The notes under the pieces: model-generated
Databases searched by the model: none
Seen by the model: the letters and a program-made list of their open reading frames with translations, nothing else
Told to the model about the DNA's origin: nothing
Assembly: GCA_016176465.1 (NCBI GenBank)
Contig: JACOXD010000004.1
Coordinates: forward strand, 50,119 to 114,118
From: Candidatus Daviesbacteria bacterium
GTDB lineage: Bacteria > Patescibacteriota > Microgenomatia > Daviesbacterales > UBA10151
DNA length: 64,000 nt
Reading direction: 5' to 3'
Shown: in pieces, positions 63,384 to 64,000 of the stretch
How the letters are laid out: the number at the start of each line of letters is the position of its first letter
Position numbering within the stretch: position 1 is the first letter of the stretch
Position numbers and translations under genes: made by a program

Positions 63384-64000
63384 AAATTTTATGCTACCAA
63401 GAATATTCTCTATGACTTGTTTGTTTTTATTACTGTCTTTTAAAGGGGGGACAATTGTGAACCTAAATATTACACTAGAAATTGCTCCAGAAGGTTGATC
63501 CAGTATCTTGATCACAAATATTTCACTCCCAGGGGAACATCCTTCTCCGTTACAATCAACATCTAGCCTTATCCCCGATAACCCGTCAACTGAGGTTTCT
63601 TTGGCGGTTACACCTTTATCAAAACCAAGATAGACTGGTGATATATATCCATATCTTTCAGATAAATCTTTAGCATTAAAAAGAGCTAAATTATCTTTAT
63701 TATTAAAAACAAATATGGATAAAGTATATGGTGGATTTTCAAGATTTTGTTTTGCATATTGATCGTTTGGTTTTAAAGTAACCCCAATAGGTTGAAATAA
63801 GAGGCTACGTGAATTATAAAGACCCCCGATGTATGTTTCATCTGGCCATAAAAGTGAATACTTATCTAGGGGATACTTGAGCTCCTTTATCCATCCTTGC
63901 TTAAAGGTCTCCCAATTAGCTGTTTCATCTACTGAGAGTGAGGATTGGGGAGATGATGTTATTACAGGGTTTTGGGGTTGGGGTTTTGGAGTACTAACCC
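63384..64000 (-). CDS. Pilin-like paralog C, 5'-truncated by the window end (not in the ORF track)
   Basis: My own translation ends ...RLDVDCNGEGCSPGSEIFVIKILDQP...NKNKQVIENILGSIKFGP*, homologous to the C-terminus of paralog A. Confidence 0.35.

Overview
This is an AT-rich (~33-36% GC), gene-dense bacterial chromosomal segment with about 75 coding genes. Several housekeeping proteins are reduced versions: AlaRS lacks the C-Ala domain, IF-2 begins at its G domain, Lon is only its AAA+ module, and HrcA is short. Together with two sortases and several type IV pilin-like genes, this suggests a small-genome CPR/Patescibacteria-like or similar lineage; that assignment is an inference only. Recognisable housekeeping genes are metK, mltG, ruvX, alaS, folC, ftsK, rnj, pnp-rpsO, infB, nusA, the hrcA-grpE-dnaK-dnaJ operon with a clear CIRCE operator, def, lepA, murJ, rpsT, msrB, tpiA, trxA and uvrD/pcrA. 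No rRNA, tRNA or CRISPR array was found. The most striking feature is a compact island at 16.3-22.4 kb with higher GC than its surroundings. It encodes a type II fatty-acid-synthase-like elongation module: an SDR(FabI-like)::FabZ fusion, a FabG-like ketoreductase, two tandem Cys-His-His ketosynthases and a FabD-like acyltransferase. No ACP or FabH accompanies it. Other notable features: (a) a family of at least 9 short nested-palindrome (MITE/REP-like) elements, one inserted in frame inside uvrD and several inside the heat-shock operon; (b) a VapBC cassette inserted at the alaS 3' end with a duplicated gene tail; (c) a candidate T-box leader for alaS and a candidate SAM riboswitch for metK; (d) two unknown genes inserted into the CIRCE-controlled chaperone operon; (e) a Lon-like ATPase without protease domain; (f) a sortase next to a substrate with an LGATG-type signal; (g) three tandem Cys-rich pilin-like paralogs with an embedded DUF4258/DUF2283 pair; (h) paired ImmA/IrrE-like peptidases flanking a GC-rich methyltransferase.
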